DNA from: Candidatus Latescibacterota bacterium
GTDB taxonomy: Bacteria; Latescibacterota; UBA2968; GCA-2709665
Length of the DNA stretch: 64,000 nt
Assembly (NCBI GenBank): GCA_963667175.2
Contig: CAXXXF010000012.1
Span: 240,257-304,256 of the forward strand
Direction: 5' to 3'
Part shown: positions 19,981 to 28,845 of the stretch, piece by piece
How the letters are laid out: each line of letters begins with the position of its first letter
Numbering within the stretch: position 1 is the stretch's first letter
Notes under the pieces: generated by a model
What the model was told of the DNA's origin: nothing
Database searches by the model: none
The model's input: only the letters and a program-made list of their open reading frames with translations
Made by a program: the position numbers and the translations under genes

Positions 19981-21348
19981 CTAATCCACGGCTTCCCCTG
20001 CGGATCCGTTCCCGGCCGGACCTGTGCGCGGGGACTTCACGAACCTGTCAATTTGACCCCGCGCGACAAGCAGCGCACTTTCACGGTCTTTAACGCGGCC
20101 TTCGAGTTGCCCGTCTTCCACGGCCCTGAGCGCCGCCTTGAAGGCCGGCCCCGGCGTGTAGCCGAGTTCGATGAGGTCCCGGCCCGTAACCAGCGGATCA
20201 GGTCGAATCTCGTCGGGCGCCAGAGCATCCAGGGCCCGCCGGCAGAACGTGTAATTCTCCAGATTCCCGTGGCTGGCCAGACAGTCGATCCTGTGCAGTT
20301 CCAGGTGTTCTTCAAATCGCTCCATCCGCAGGAACCGCTTCAGTTTGCTCTTACGCATCTGGCGTACGTGCATAAAACGGTGGTGGTCCGCCACCAGTCG
20401 AACGACGTGGCGGGTTGCCTCCCCGGAAAACCGAAGCCGGCGACATATCGCTTCCGCCATCCGTGCGCCCACACGTGCGTGATTGTCGAACCGAATACGG
20501 TCGGCGGATTCGAACGTGCCGGGCTTGCCCACGTCGTGCAACAGCACCGCGATGGCCAATTCCGGAGACGGATTGCGCATCAGCCCCAGCATGATAAGGG
20601 TGTGGGTAAGCACGTCCCCTTCCGGATGAAACTCCGGCGGTTGGGCGACGCCGTCGAGCGCCAGCACCTCCGGAACGATGCCGGTGATCAGCCCGGAATC
20701 GATCAGCCATCTCACCCCTTGAGGCGCCCCCCCCTCCATCAGTATTCTGACAAATTCGTCCCGGATGCGTTCTTTGCTGACCGCCGTGAGGTTTCCGCTC
20801 AAACGCCGTATCGCCGAAAACGTGGCGCCGTCGATCCTCCAGTGGAAACGGCAACCGAATCGCACGGCCCTCATCATCCGCAGCCGGTCTTCCGCAAACC
20901 GATCGGCGGCGCCGCCGATGGTTCGGATTACTCTCCCCTTCAAATCGGCACGTCCACCCACGTAATCCAGCACCCGATCCGTCAGGGGATCCCAGAACAT
21001 CCCGTTTACGGTGAAATCCCGACGCCGGGCGTCTTCGGTTTCGTCCGCAAATTCCACCCCGTCGGGGCGGCGCCCGTCGCTGTAGCCGAGATCACGACGA
21101 AAACGGGCGACCTCGAAGACGTGCCCGCCAAGCCGCACCTCCACAACGCCGAAGTGCGCGCCCACGGGCCGGGCGCGTGTAAAAATGCCGGTCACCTGAT
21201 GTGGATCGGCATCGGTTGCGACGTCGTAATCACCGGGTTCCAGCCCGAGCAGGAGATCCCGTACGCACCCGCCGGCCAGCAACGCCCTGAACCCGTGCGA
21301 GTGGAGGCGTCGGACCACTTCGACTGCCGTGTCTCGAGCAGATGGCAT
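19981..21348 (-). CDS. cca: CCA tRNA nucleotidyltransferase with HD domain
   Basis: AGGCVRDLLLG..DYDVAT, RRDFTVN, EDRLRMMRAVRF, HPEGDV..H, LLHDVGK. Confidence 0.9.
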   Translation of the reverse strand: MPSARDTAVEVVRRLHSHGFRALLAGGCVRDLLLGLEPGDYDVATDADPHQVTGIFTRARPVGAHFGVVEVRLGGHVFEVARFRRDLGYSDGRRPDGVEFADETEDARRRDFTVNGMFWDPLTDRVLDYVGGRADLKGRVIRTIGGAADRFAEDRLRMMRAVRFGCRFHWRIDGATFSAIRRLSGNLTAVSKERIRDEFVRILMEGGAPQGVRWLIDSGLITGIVPEVLALDGVAQPPEFHPEGDVLTHTLIMLGLMRNPSPELAIAVLLHDVGKPGTFESADRIRFDNHARVGARMAEAICRRLRFSGEATRHVVRLVADHHRFMHVRQMRKSKLKRFLRMERFEEHLELHRIDCLASHGNLENYTFCRRALDALAPDEIRPDPLVTGRDLIELGYTPGPAFKAALRAVEDGQLEGRVKDRESALLVARGQIDRFVKSPRTGPAGNGSAGEAVD

Positions 21349-21353
21349 GACGT

Positions 21354-22646
21354 TCAATCCAGGGGTACGGGAACACGTTCGATCCGGGCCCCAAGCGCGC
21401 GAAGACGACCGTCGATGGCGTCGTACCCCCGATCGATTTGTTCGATGTTCCGGATCACGCTCCGGCCTTCGGCGCACAGACTGGCGATCAGCAGCGCCAT
21501 CCCGGCCCGTATATCGGGGCTCGTTATTCGATCCCCATAGAGCTTCGAAGGACCGACCACAACCGCGCGGTGGGGGTCGCACAGGATGATCTCGGCGCCC
21601 ATCTCGATCAACCGATCCAGCCAGAAAAGTCGGCTCTCGTACATCTTTTCGAAAAACAGGACGGTTCCCCGCGCCTGCGTGGCCACCACGAGCGCGATGC
21701 TCATCAGATCAGCCGGGAACCCGGGCCAGGGATCGTCGGATATCTTCGGAATTGCGTCTCCGACGTCCCGGACGATTTCGAGCTTCTGGCGATCGGAAAC
21801 AAGAATATCGGCTCCGTCAATGTCTACCTGGACACCGAGCCGCTCGAATACCATCAGACTCCGGCGCATCTGACGCGGGGCGGCGTCTCTTATCCGTATC
21901 TCTCCGCTGGTGACGGCCGCGAGGCCGATGAAGCTTCCGACTTCCATATAATCGGGTCCGATGGTATGCTCGCCGCCGCTGAGCGTTCTTACGCCTTCAA
22001 TGGTCAGTTCGTTCGTTCCCACGCCCGAAATCCGTGCGCCCATGGCGTTGAGCAGATGACACAATTCCTGCACGTGCGGTTCACATGCGGCGTTGCGGAC
22101 GACGGTCGCGCCTTCGGCCAGAGTGGATGCCATGATCACGTTCTCCGTGCCGGTGACGCTTCGCTCATCCAGAAAAATGTCGGCGCCCGTCAAGCCACCC
22201 GGCGCGCGCATTTCGTACACGTGGTTGGTACGGATGCGCGCGCCGAGGGCCTCCAGGGCCCGCAGATGGGTATCCACGCGTCGGCGGCCGATCTTGTCGC
22301 CGCCCGGCCGGGGCGTGGTCGCACGACCGTGTCTGGCCAGCAGCGGGCCTGCCAGCAGAATACTCCCGCGGGCTTTGCTGCACAAATCGGGATTCAGAGC
22401 GGTGTTACGCAACGAGGCGGCGCACGCGGTCAGTTCAGTCCGGCCCGTATGACGGACCGAGACGCCCAGATCGCGTAGGAGCTTGACCAGCGTGAGTACG
22501 TCTCCAATCGGCGGGGCGTTCTTCAACACCACCGTCTCGTCCGTCAACAGCGTCGCCGCAAGGAGTGCCAGTGCGGCATTCTTGTTTCCGATAGGCGTGA
22601 TGGCTCCGGAAAGTGGAAATCCGCCTTCGATTACGAACTGTTCCAT
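21354..22646 (-). CDS. murA: UDP-N-acetylglucosamine 1-carboxyvinyltransferase
   Basis: [49 protein letters not shown]. Confidence 0.93.
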   Translation of the reverse strand: MEQFVIEGGFPLSGAITPIGNKNAALALLAATLLTDETVVLKNAPPIGDVLTLVKLLRDLGVSVRHTGRTELTACAASLRNTALNPDLCSKARGSILLAGPLLARHGRATTPRPGGDKIGRRRVDTHLRALEALGARIRTNHVYEMRAPGGLTGADIFLDERSVTGTENVIMASTLAEGATVVRNAACEPHVQELCHLLNAMGARISGVGTNELTIEGVRTLSGGEHTIGPDYMEVGSFIGLAAVTSGEIRIRDAAPRQMRRSLMVFERLGVQVDIDGADILVSDRQKLEIVRDVGDAIPKISDDPWPGFPADLMSIALVVATQARGTVLFFEKMYESRLFWLDRLIEMGAEIILCDPHRAVVVGPSKLYGDRITSPDIRAGMALLIASLCAEGRSVIRNIEQIDRGYDAIDGRLRALGARIERVPVPLD

Positions 22647-22811
22647 GGGAACACGCGCTCCGGCGATGCTCGGTCCTGCGAACGGACATTCTGCATAAAT
22701 CTTGATAAGTTACAATATATCATATCTTTATAAAAAAATCAAGTCATTTGTCCCGCGCGACTGGCCGGTCCGGCGACGCGAGCGCCCGCCGTCCGCGGCA
22801 TTCCGGGCCAA

Positions 22812-23894
22812 TCAGAGGTCCGAAGCGGTTTCCGCGGCCCCGGGATGGATATAGAGCTGACCGCATCCCGCCGCGATGTCCACCCCTTTGCTGTGCCGTA
22901 CCGTGGTTGTCAGATGCGCATTCCTGAGGATCCGCACAAACCGGTCCACCGCGATCGCGGGCGGCCGCGCAAACGGCGCGCCGTCGACCGGATTCCAGGG
23001 AATGACGTTGACTTTGCACCCGATGTTCCGAACCAGCGCCACCAGGCGACCGGCATCTTCCTTCGAATCGTTAAACCCATGCAGAAGGACGTACTCGAAC
23101 GTCACCCGCCGCGCAATCCGTTGCCGATAGGACCTGACGGCGGCCAGGAGTTCGGCAATCGGCCAGCGCCGGTTGATCGACATGATACGCGAGCGCTGTT
23201 CATCTTCAGTCGCGTTCAGGGAAACCGCAAGGCCGACGTTCACTCCCTCCCTGGCCAACCTCAATATGCCGGGCACGTAGCCGACGGTGGAGAGCGTGAT
23301 CCTGCGGATTCCGATCGCGAGCCCGTAATCCAGATTCATCAGCCGGATCGCACGAACGACGTTCCCGTAGTTCAACAGCGGCTCCCCCATTCCCATCATC
23401 ACCACGTTGGTCAGGTCGTCTCCGCGCTCTCTCAATTCGCGGCGGACGCAAATCACCTGATCCAGAATTTCGCTGGCGGAGAGGTTGCGGAGCAGCCCCA
23501 TCCGACCGGTGGCGCAGAACGTACAATCCAGCGGGCATCCTGCCTGCGACGAAACGCACAGGGTACGGCGCCTCCCGTCGCGCATCAGTACGCTCTCCAC
23601 GCGCTTGCCGTCCGGAAGTTCAAACAGGTATTTCACGGTGTCGCCGCCACCGCCGCCCGCCCGTGCCGCCACTCTCAGATTCAATATCGACGCGCGCTCC
23701 GCGAGCGTGGCGCGAACCGCCGTGGCGAGGTCGGTCATCTCCGCGAAGTCGGTTGCGCCGCGATTGTAAATCCACGCGGCGATCTGCCGGGCGCGATAGG
23801 CCTCCAACCCGAGTGAAGTCACCAACGCCTCGAGTTCCTCGGGATAGTATCCCTTGAGGTCGACACGGCCGCCGGACGTCGAAAATCCCGTCAT
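22812..23894 (-). CDS. rlmN: 23S rRNA m2A2503 / tRNA m2A37 radical SAM methyltransferase
   Basis: CVSSQAGCPLDCTFCATG, MGMGEPLLN, FEYV, DIAAGCGQL. Confidence 0.95.
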   Translation of the reverse strand: MTGFSTSGGRVDLKGYYPEELEALVTSLGLEAYRARQIAAWIYNRGATDFAEMTDLATAVRATLAERASILNLRVAARAGGGGGDTVKYLFELPDGKRVESVLMRDGRRRTLCVSSQAGCPLDCTFCATGRMGLLRNLSASEILDQVICVRRELRERGDDLTNVVMMGMGEPLLNYGNVVRAIRLMNLDYGLAIGIRRITLSTVGYVPGILRLAREGVNVGLAVSLNATEDEQRSRIMSINRRWPIAELLAAVRSYRQRIARRVTFEYVLLHGFNDSKEDAGRLVALVRNIGCKVNVIPWNPVDGAPFARPPAIAVDRFVRILRNAHLTTTVRHSKGVDIAAGCGQLYIHPGAAETASDL

Positions 23895-24109
23895 TTACCT
23901 GTCCCCTGTATTCACGTCAATCCGTTGAGGGTAACGGCCCGGAGCTCCGGAGGCAAGGAAAAATTGGGTTGACAGAATGTGCGTTTTGTCCTATCTTCAG
24001 ACGCCGTTCTTCCCTCAGAACAACGAGTTACGTCACTTTTCCGCTTGTATCCGCCGGATCTGTCGATAGGTCCCCGGACCCCCTCCGGCTTTCCAGGCAA
24101 CGAAGCCAT

Positions 24110-25522
24110 ATGCGAATACGTAACCCTTACCGCACGAACCGACGTTCACGATTCGGTCGCCGGTTCAGGCGGGCGAAGTTTGTACCGATCTTCCTGCCGC
24201 TCGCGGCGCTGATCTGGCTCGCGGCTTCCCGGACGCCCGAGATCGGGACCCTGCAAAATTCCGACCTCGTCCCGGAAACGCCCTCTGTAGCAGCTTCAAT
24301 TGCGGCTGACCCTGAGCCGCAATTCTCGGGAATCGTCGGGCGCATCCGTCACAGAGAGACATTCTGGGACGCGCTGAACCGTGAGGACGTCGCGCCGACC
24401 CGGATCCACGAGTTGCTCAATGCCTTGAAGACGGGAATTCCCCGGAAGGAATTCGATCCCAGAGTCGTCCGGACCGGAGACCGTTACGCATTGAGTATAG
24501 ACAGCCTGGGCGCGATTCAGGCCTTTGAGTTCATCAAGAAAAGCGCTGTAGAAACACGGTACGTCGCCGCACGAAAGAACGGCGGACTGAGCGCGCACAA
24601 AGAGCGCATGCCGCTTGAACGCCGGGTTGCCGTCGTAACAGGTGAAATCCGGACGACCCTCTGGGACGCCTTGTCTGAAACCGGCGAAGAAGCCGACGTG
24701 CTGTCCGGAAAGATGTCCGGCATCTTCGAATACGAAATCGACTTCATGGTCGATTGTCGCGCCGGCGACCGTTTTGCCCTGGCACTGGAGAAGCTCTACA
24801 AGGACGGCCGATTCCTTCGGTATGGGGACATCCTTTCGTCCGAATACCAGACGGCACGAAAAAACCATCACGCCTTTCGGTTTGAATCGCCCGACGGCCG
24901 GGTGGCCTATTACGATGCGAACGGCAAGTCGCTGCGCGGCCTGTTTCTCAAATCCCCGCTCAACTACCGCCGAATCAGTTCGGGTTATTCCAACCGCCGG
25001 TTCCACCCCATCCTGAAAAAGTATTTGCCGCACCACGGCATCGACTATGCCGCGGCGTACGGCACGCGAGTCTGGGCGACCGCCCCGGGTAGGGTTGTTT
25101 ATAAAGGGTGGAAGGGCGCTCTCGGCAACTACGTCGAAATCCGGCACCCTAACGGCTACAAGACCGGCTATGGCCACCTGAGCAAGTTCCCGCGCGGGCT
25201 GAAGAAGGGCATGTACGTCAAACAGAAGCAGACCATCGGTTTTGTCGGATCGACCGGTCGCTCGACGGGGCCGCACCTTCATTACAACTTCTACGTCAGA
25301 AGCGGCAAGGGTTATCGCCTCAGCAACCCTGCCGGCGTGGTCAATCGATCCAGGGCCAGGCCGCTGTCCCCGGAATTGCTGGCCAGCTTCAGGCGACAGC
25401 GCGACCGCCTGCTGGCGCTGTTCGACGACCCGACGACGTCGCTCGTGACCAACCTTCAGGCCCCGCCCGGATCTCCTCACCCCCCTGCCTCGTCCAACAG
25501 CAGCCAGCCCGGAACGAATTGA
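24110..25522 (+). CDS. M23-family peptidoglycan endopeptidase (MepM/Csd3-like)
   Basis: N-terminal TM, RFHPILK...HHGIDYAA, YGHLS, STGRSTGPHLHY. Confidence 0.9.
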   Translation: MRIRNPYRTNRRSRFGRRFRRAKFVPIFLPLAALIWLAASRTPEIGTLQNSDLVPETPSVAASIAADPEPQFSGIVGRIRHRETFWDALNREDVAPTRIHELLNALKTGIPRKEFDPRVVRTGDRYALSIDSLGAIQAFEFIKKSAVETRYVAARKNGGLSAHKERMPLERRVAVVTGEIRTTLWDALSETGEEADVLSGKMSGIFEYEIDFMVDCRAGDRFALALEKLYKDGRFLRYGDILSSEYQTARKNHHAFRFESPDGRVAYYDANGKSLRGLFLKSPLNYRRISSGYSNRRFHPILKKYLPHHGIDYAAAYGTRVWATAPGRVVYKGWKGALGNYVEIRHPNGYKTGYGHLSKFPRGLKKGMYVKQKQTIGFVGSTGRSTGPHLHYNFYVRSGKGYRLSNPAGVVNRSRARPLSPELLASFRRQRDRLLALFDDPTTSLVTNLQAPPGSPHPPASSNSSQPGTN

Positions 25523-25697
25523 ACTCGCGAGCGAGCAGTCCGTTGCAGACCACGTGGCTCCCAGGAACGGCGGCGGCGAAATCTCCCGTTTCCATCCGAT
25601 CGACGCCCCGAGTTACCGAGACGAGAATACCTGCCTGAAGCCGTCGCGCGGCATCGGCCGCGCCCTGCAGTCTGCAGGCCCTTATAGGGGTATCGAC

Positions 25698-26858
25698 TTG
25701 AGACTTGCGCACTTCGACTGCCACGCCGGAATAAGCGGCGATATGATTCTTGGCGCTCTTGTGGATGCGGGCCTGAGTATCGAGGTATTGCAGGCGGAAC
25801 TCGACAAACTCCGCCTGGACGGAATCCGCCTTCAGGCCGCGAGGGTCCATCGGCACGGCATCGCCGCCACAAAGATCGACGTGGTCGCGAAAAAAGGACA
25901 CCCGCATCGAGGATTGAAGGACGTGCGGCGCATCCTCGACGGCGCGGACATCTCAAGCAGAGCCAGACAACAGGCCGGCGACGTCTTCCGCCGCCTCGCC
26001 GAAGCCGAAGCCGAAGTTCACGGCATTTGCGTCGACCGCGTCCAGTTTCACGAAGTCGGCGCGGCGGACGCCATCGCGGACGTCGCCGGCGCCGTTATCG
26101 GCCTGGAACGTCTCGGCGTTGAACGGGTCTACGCCTCTCCCCTTCGATTCGGTTACGGAACCACCCGAAGTTGCCACGGCGCACTGCCGGTTCCGGTTCC
26201 CGCCGTGGTCGCCCTCTGCAGAGGCGTGCCGGCCCAGCGGACCGACGTCCCGTTCGAACTGGTCACACCGACCGGCGCCGCGATTCTCACCACGCTCGCG
26301 GAACAGATCGGCGGCAGCCCTCCTTTTCGCACCCGGCGCATCGGGTACGGGGCAGGCAGCCGCGACCTGGATCAGTTGCCGAACCTCCTCCGTATGGAAA
26401 TCGGAGATTCCGGGTCCGTCCCGCATACAGACGACATTTCCGTCATAGAAACCAACATCGACGACATGACGCCTGAAATCTACGGCTACCTGATCGACCG
26501 TCTGCTCGCCGACGGCGCAAGAGACGCGTATCTCACGCCCGTCATCATGAAGAAGGGGCGCCCGGGAGTGATGCTCAGCGTCCTCGCCGACCCGGACCGC
26601 GCACAGTCTGTCACGGACCGGATCTTTCGTGAAACCACAACGCTTGGCGTCCGGATCCGCCGCGTCGACCGCCAGACCGTTTCCAGGCGATCGGAGATCG
26701 TCGAAACGTCGTTCGGACCCGTGACCGTAAAGGTGGCCGACTACGGTGGAAGGACGCGTTTCGCGCCCGAATACGAAGATTGCGCGCGTATCGCGAAGGA
26801 ACGCGACGTCCCCGTTCTGGACGTCTATCGCGCCGCCGCGGACGCGGCCGGGCGCTGA
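25698..26858 (+). CDS. larC: Nickel-pincer cofactor biosynthesis protein
   Basis: FDCHAGISGDM.LGAL, FHEVGAADAIAD, ELVTPTGAA, ETNIDD, MKKGRPG, PEYEDC. Confidence 0.9.
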   Translation: MRLAHFDCHAGISGDMILGALVDAGLSIEVLQAELDKLRLDGIRLQAARVHRHGIAATKIDVVAKKGHPHRGLKDVRRILDGADISSRARQQAGDVFRRLAEAEAEVHGICVDRVQFHEVGAADAIADVAGAVIGLERLGVERVYASPLRFGYGTTRSCHGALPVPVPAVVALCRGVPAQRTDVPFELVTPTGAAILTTLAEQIGGSPPFRTRRIGYGAGSRDLDQLPNLLRMEIGDSGSVPHTDDISVIETNIDDMTPEIYGYLIDRLLADGARDAYLTPVIMKKGRPGVMLSVLADPDRAQSVTDRIFRETTTLGVRIRRVDRQTVSRRSEIVETSFGPVTVKVADYGGRTRFAPEYEDCARIAKERDVPVLDVYRAAADAAGR

Positions 26859-26976
26859 TGCCCACGCGTCGAGCCTGCAGGCGCACGAAAACCGACGTCC
26901 GGACGTGACGGATCACCGGCCCTGAAATCTTGCGAAGCGGAAAGCACAGGCGGCGCCTGAAAGAAGGAGAACCGTT

Positions 26977-27849
26977 ATGCAAGCCGACGTACGAATCGAT
27001 CCGAACGAAGAGATCGGTTTCATGAACCTGGACGAAACTGACTACAGCAGCCTTACGACGGGAGAACAGGTCCGTCGCCTCGAGGTGGAGGGTTACGTCG
27101 TTCTCCCGGACGTCCTCGACGCGGAACACATGGACCGGATCAAGCGCGAAATGGCCGATGCGCCGATGCAGACGAAGGATTACAGCGACGCGCAGACCTT
27201 CTGCCTCGAGCCCCAATGGCGCAGCCGGGCCCTGGCCGAACTGATCGCGCATCCGCCGATGATCGAATTCCTGGAGACGCTGCTCGGGGAAGACGTCGTG
27301 TTCACCCGGGGACTCTTCACCAGGACGCTCTCGGGCTCGCCGCCCATTTCGCTGCACACCGACGGCCAGCCTTTCGGGTCGTCCATCTTCGGATACGAAG
27401 GAAGTTGCCCGCGACTGCTGCGGGTTCTGTACTACCTGGACGACCTGACGCCCGATCGGGCGCCGTTCCGCCTGGTGCCCCGATCCCACCTGTCGTTCCA
27501 CGCGGAAGCGAACCCCTACGTGCGCTACAAATACCACCCGGGGGAGGTCACCCTCTGCGTCAGAGCCGGTACGGCGCTCGTCATCCCGATCAACCTCTTC
27601 CACGGTACCCATCCGAACCGGTCGGACGCCCAGCGGACGCTCGTTCAGCTGGGGTACCGGCCCGCCTGGGCGGGCCCCATACAACCGATGCCGGAGTGGG
27701 ACCCGGAACTCGTTGCCGGCGCGCCGGCTGAAACGAAGCGCTTTCTGCAAAGCCCCAACACGACCGGACTCGACTGGAATCAGCCCCACAAACCCAAAGG
27801 GATGAAGACCGACGCAGCCGCAATCGATCCCGGGCGGTGGGAGCGCTGA
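26977..27849 (+). CDS. Phytanoyl-CoA dioxygenase family (Fe/2OG) protein
   Basis: EGYVVLPDVL, LHTD (HxD), LVPRSH, distal FHG..PN.S...R. Confidence 0.85.
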   Translation: MQADVRIDPNEEIGFMNLDETDYSSLTTGEQVRRLEVEGYVVLPDVLDAEHMDRIKREMADAPMQTKDYSDAQTFCLEPQWRSRALAELIAHPPMIEFLETLLGEDVVFTRGLFTRTLSGSPPISLHTDGQPFGSSIFGYEGSCPRLLRVLYYLDDLTPDRAPFRLVPRSHLSFHAEANPYVRYKYHPGEVTLCVRAGTALVIPINLFHGTHPNRSDAQRTLVQLGYRPAWAGPIQPMPEWDPELVAGAPAETKRFLQSPNTTGLDWNQPHKPKGMKTDAAAIDPGRWER

Positions 27850-27884
27850 CCCGGACCCGAATCCGAATGAACGCTCGGAAACCG

Positions 27885-27921
27885 AAAAAGCCCGAAGCCA
27901 TTCGATTGGCCGGGCTTTTTT
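27885..27921. terminator. Bidirectional terminator between the convergent PhyH genes
   Basis: AAAAAGCCCG..GCCA-loop-TGGC-CGGGCTTTTTT. Confidence 0.75.
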
Positions 27922-27950
27922 GTGATTGCGAGTGATGGACGACTTGTGGT

Positions 27951-28763
27951 TCATCTCCTGTTCGGCAGGATCCAGACGTCCCGGAAAAATCTCTGACGCG
28001 CTTCGGCCAACCCGCCGATCACCACGGGATTCATACATGGTTTGGGTTCATGGAACCGCACCGTCACGTGATTGTAAGCGATCAGAATGGCCCGCCGGGG
28101 ATTGTCCCGATTCGTCCAGGCGGATCCGGTATGCCGCACCCCTTCGGAGAAGACGACGAGACTCCCCGGCGGACACCCGTAGGTCTCCCAGAGTCCCGAG
28201 TCCGGATCGTCCGCCTGCGACGGCCAGGTCCCATCCTGAGCCGAAACCAGATTGGCTTTGTGAGACCCGGGCACCAGGCACGTGCCGCCCTGCCCCTTCT
28301 TGACTTCGTTCAGTTCCCATACGATACGTGTCATCCCGCCGTAGATTCGACCGTTGTGAAAGCGGTAGGAAAGGGACGGTTCGAGATTCGTCCCGCCCAC
28401 GTGGGGCCGCCACTGATCCTGAGTGGTCTCGGCCGACCTTGCGGAAACAAAGACGCTCTCCAGGCGAATGCGATCGCGCTCGGGATGAATCACTCCCTGC
28501 AGGATCCCCATGACTCTGGGATGATCGATCAGGAATTCCGCGGGGCCGGCGATGGGCGCCCGGTGCTGCTCGGGCAGGCTGGCGGAGTCCTTCAGGTAAA
28601 CCTCAAGATGCTCGCGAACCGTTTGGACTTCATGGTTCGTGAGCACCTCCGGAATCACCAGATATCCCTTCAGGTCGAACAGAAATTTCTCGTATTCCGA
28701 CATCGGAAGGTTCCGGTCCGCCCGCTCGCCTCGTCGGATTTCCGCGTCTCCATGGGTCTTCAT
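27951..28763 (-). CDS. Phytanoyl-CoA dioxygenase family protein
   Basis: FLFDLKGYLVI, PHVG, GGTCLVPGSHK, FSEGVRHTG..W....RR. Confidence 0.82.
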   Translation of the reverse strand: MKTHGDAEIRRGERADRNLPMSEYEKFLFDLKGYLVIPEVLTNHEVQTVREHLEVYLKDSASLPEQHRAPIAGPAEFLIDHPRVMGILQGVIHPERDRIRLESVFVSARSAETTQDQWRPHVGGTNLEPSLSYRFHNGRIYGGMTRIVWELNEVKKGQGGTCLVPGSHKANLVSAQDGTWPSQADDPDSGLWETYGCPPGSLVVFSEGVRHTGSAWTNRDNPRRAILIAYNHVTVRFHEPKPCMNPVVIGGLAEARQRFFRDVWILPNRR

Positions 28764-28845
28764 GGCACGTACTCCTTGCAGGACCGGCGGGTTGCCGTCC
28801 GGGCTTCAAAGGCAGATAATCGGCGATTTCACCGGCAGGCGCCTG

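Noticed and set aside
19843-21540. 565-aa plus-strand ORF, and similar long ORFs at 2657-3814, 4894-6018, 26611-28038 and 28639-30210
   Set aside because: Antisense shadows of well-supported genes in GC-rich DNA; no motifs.
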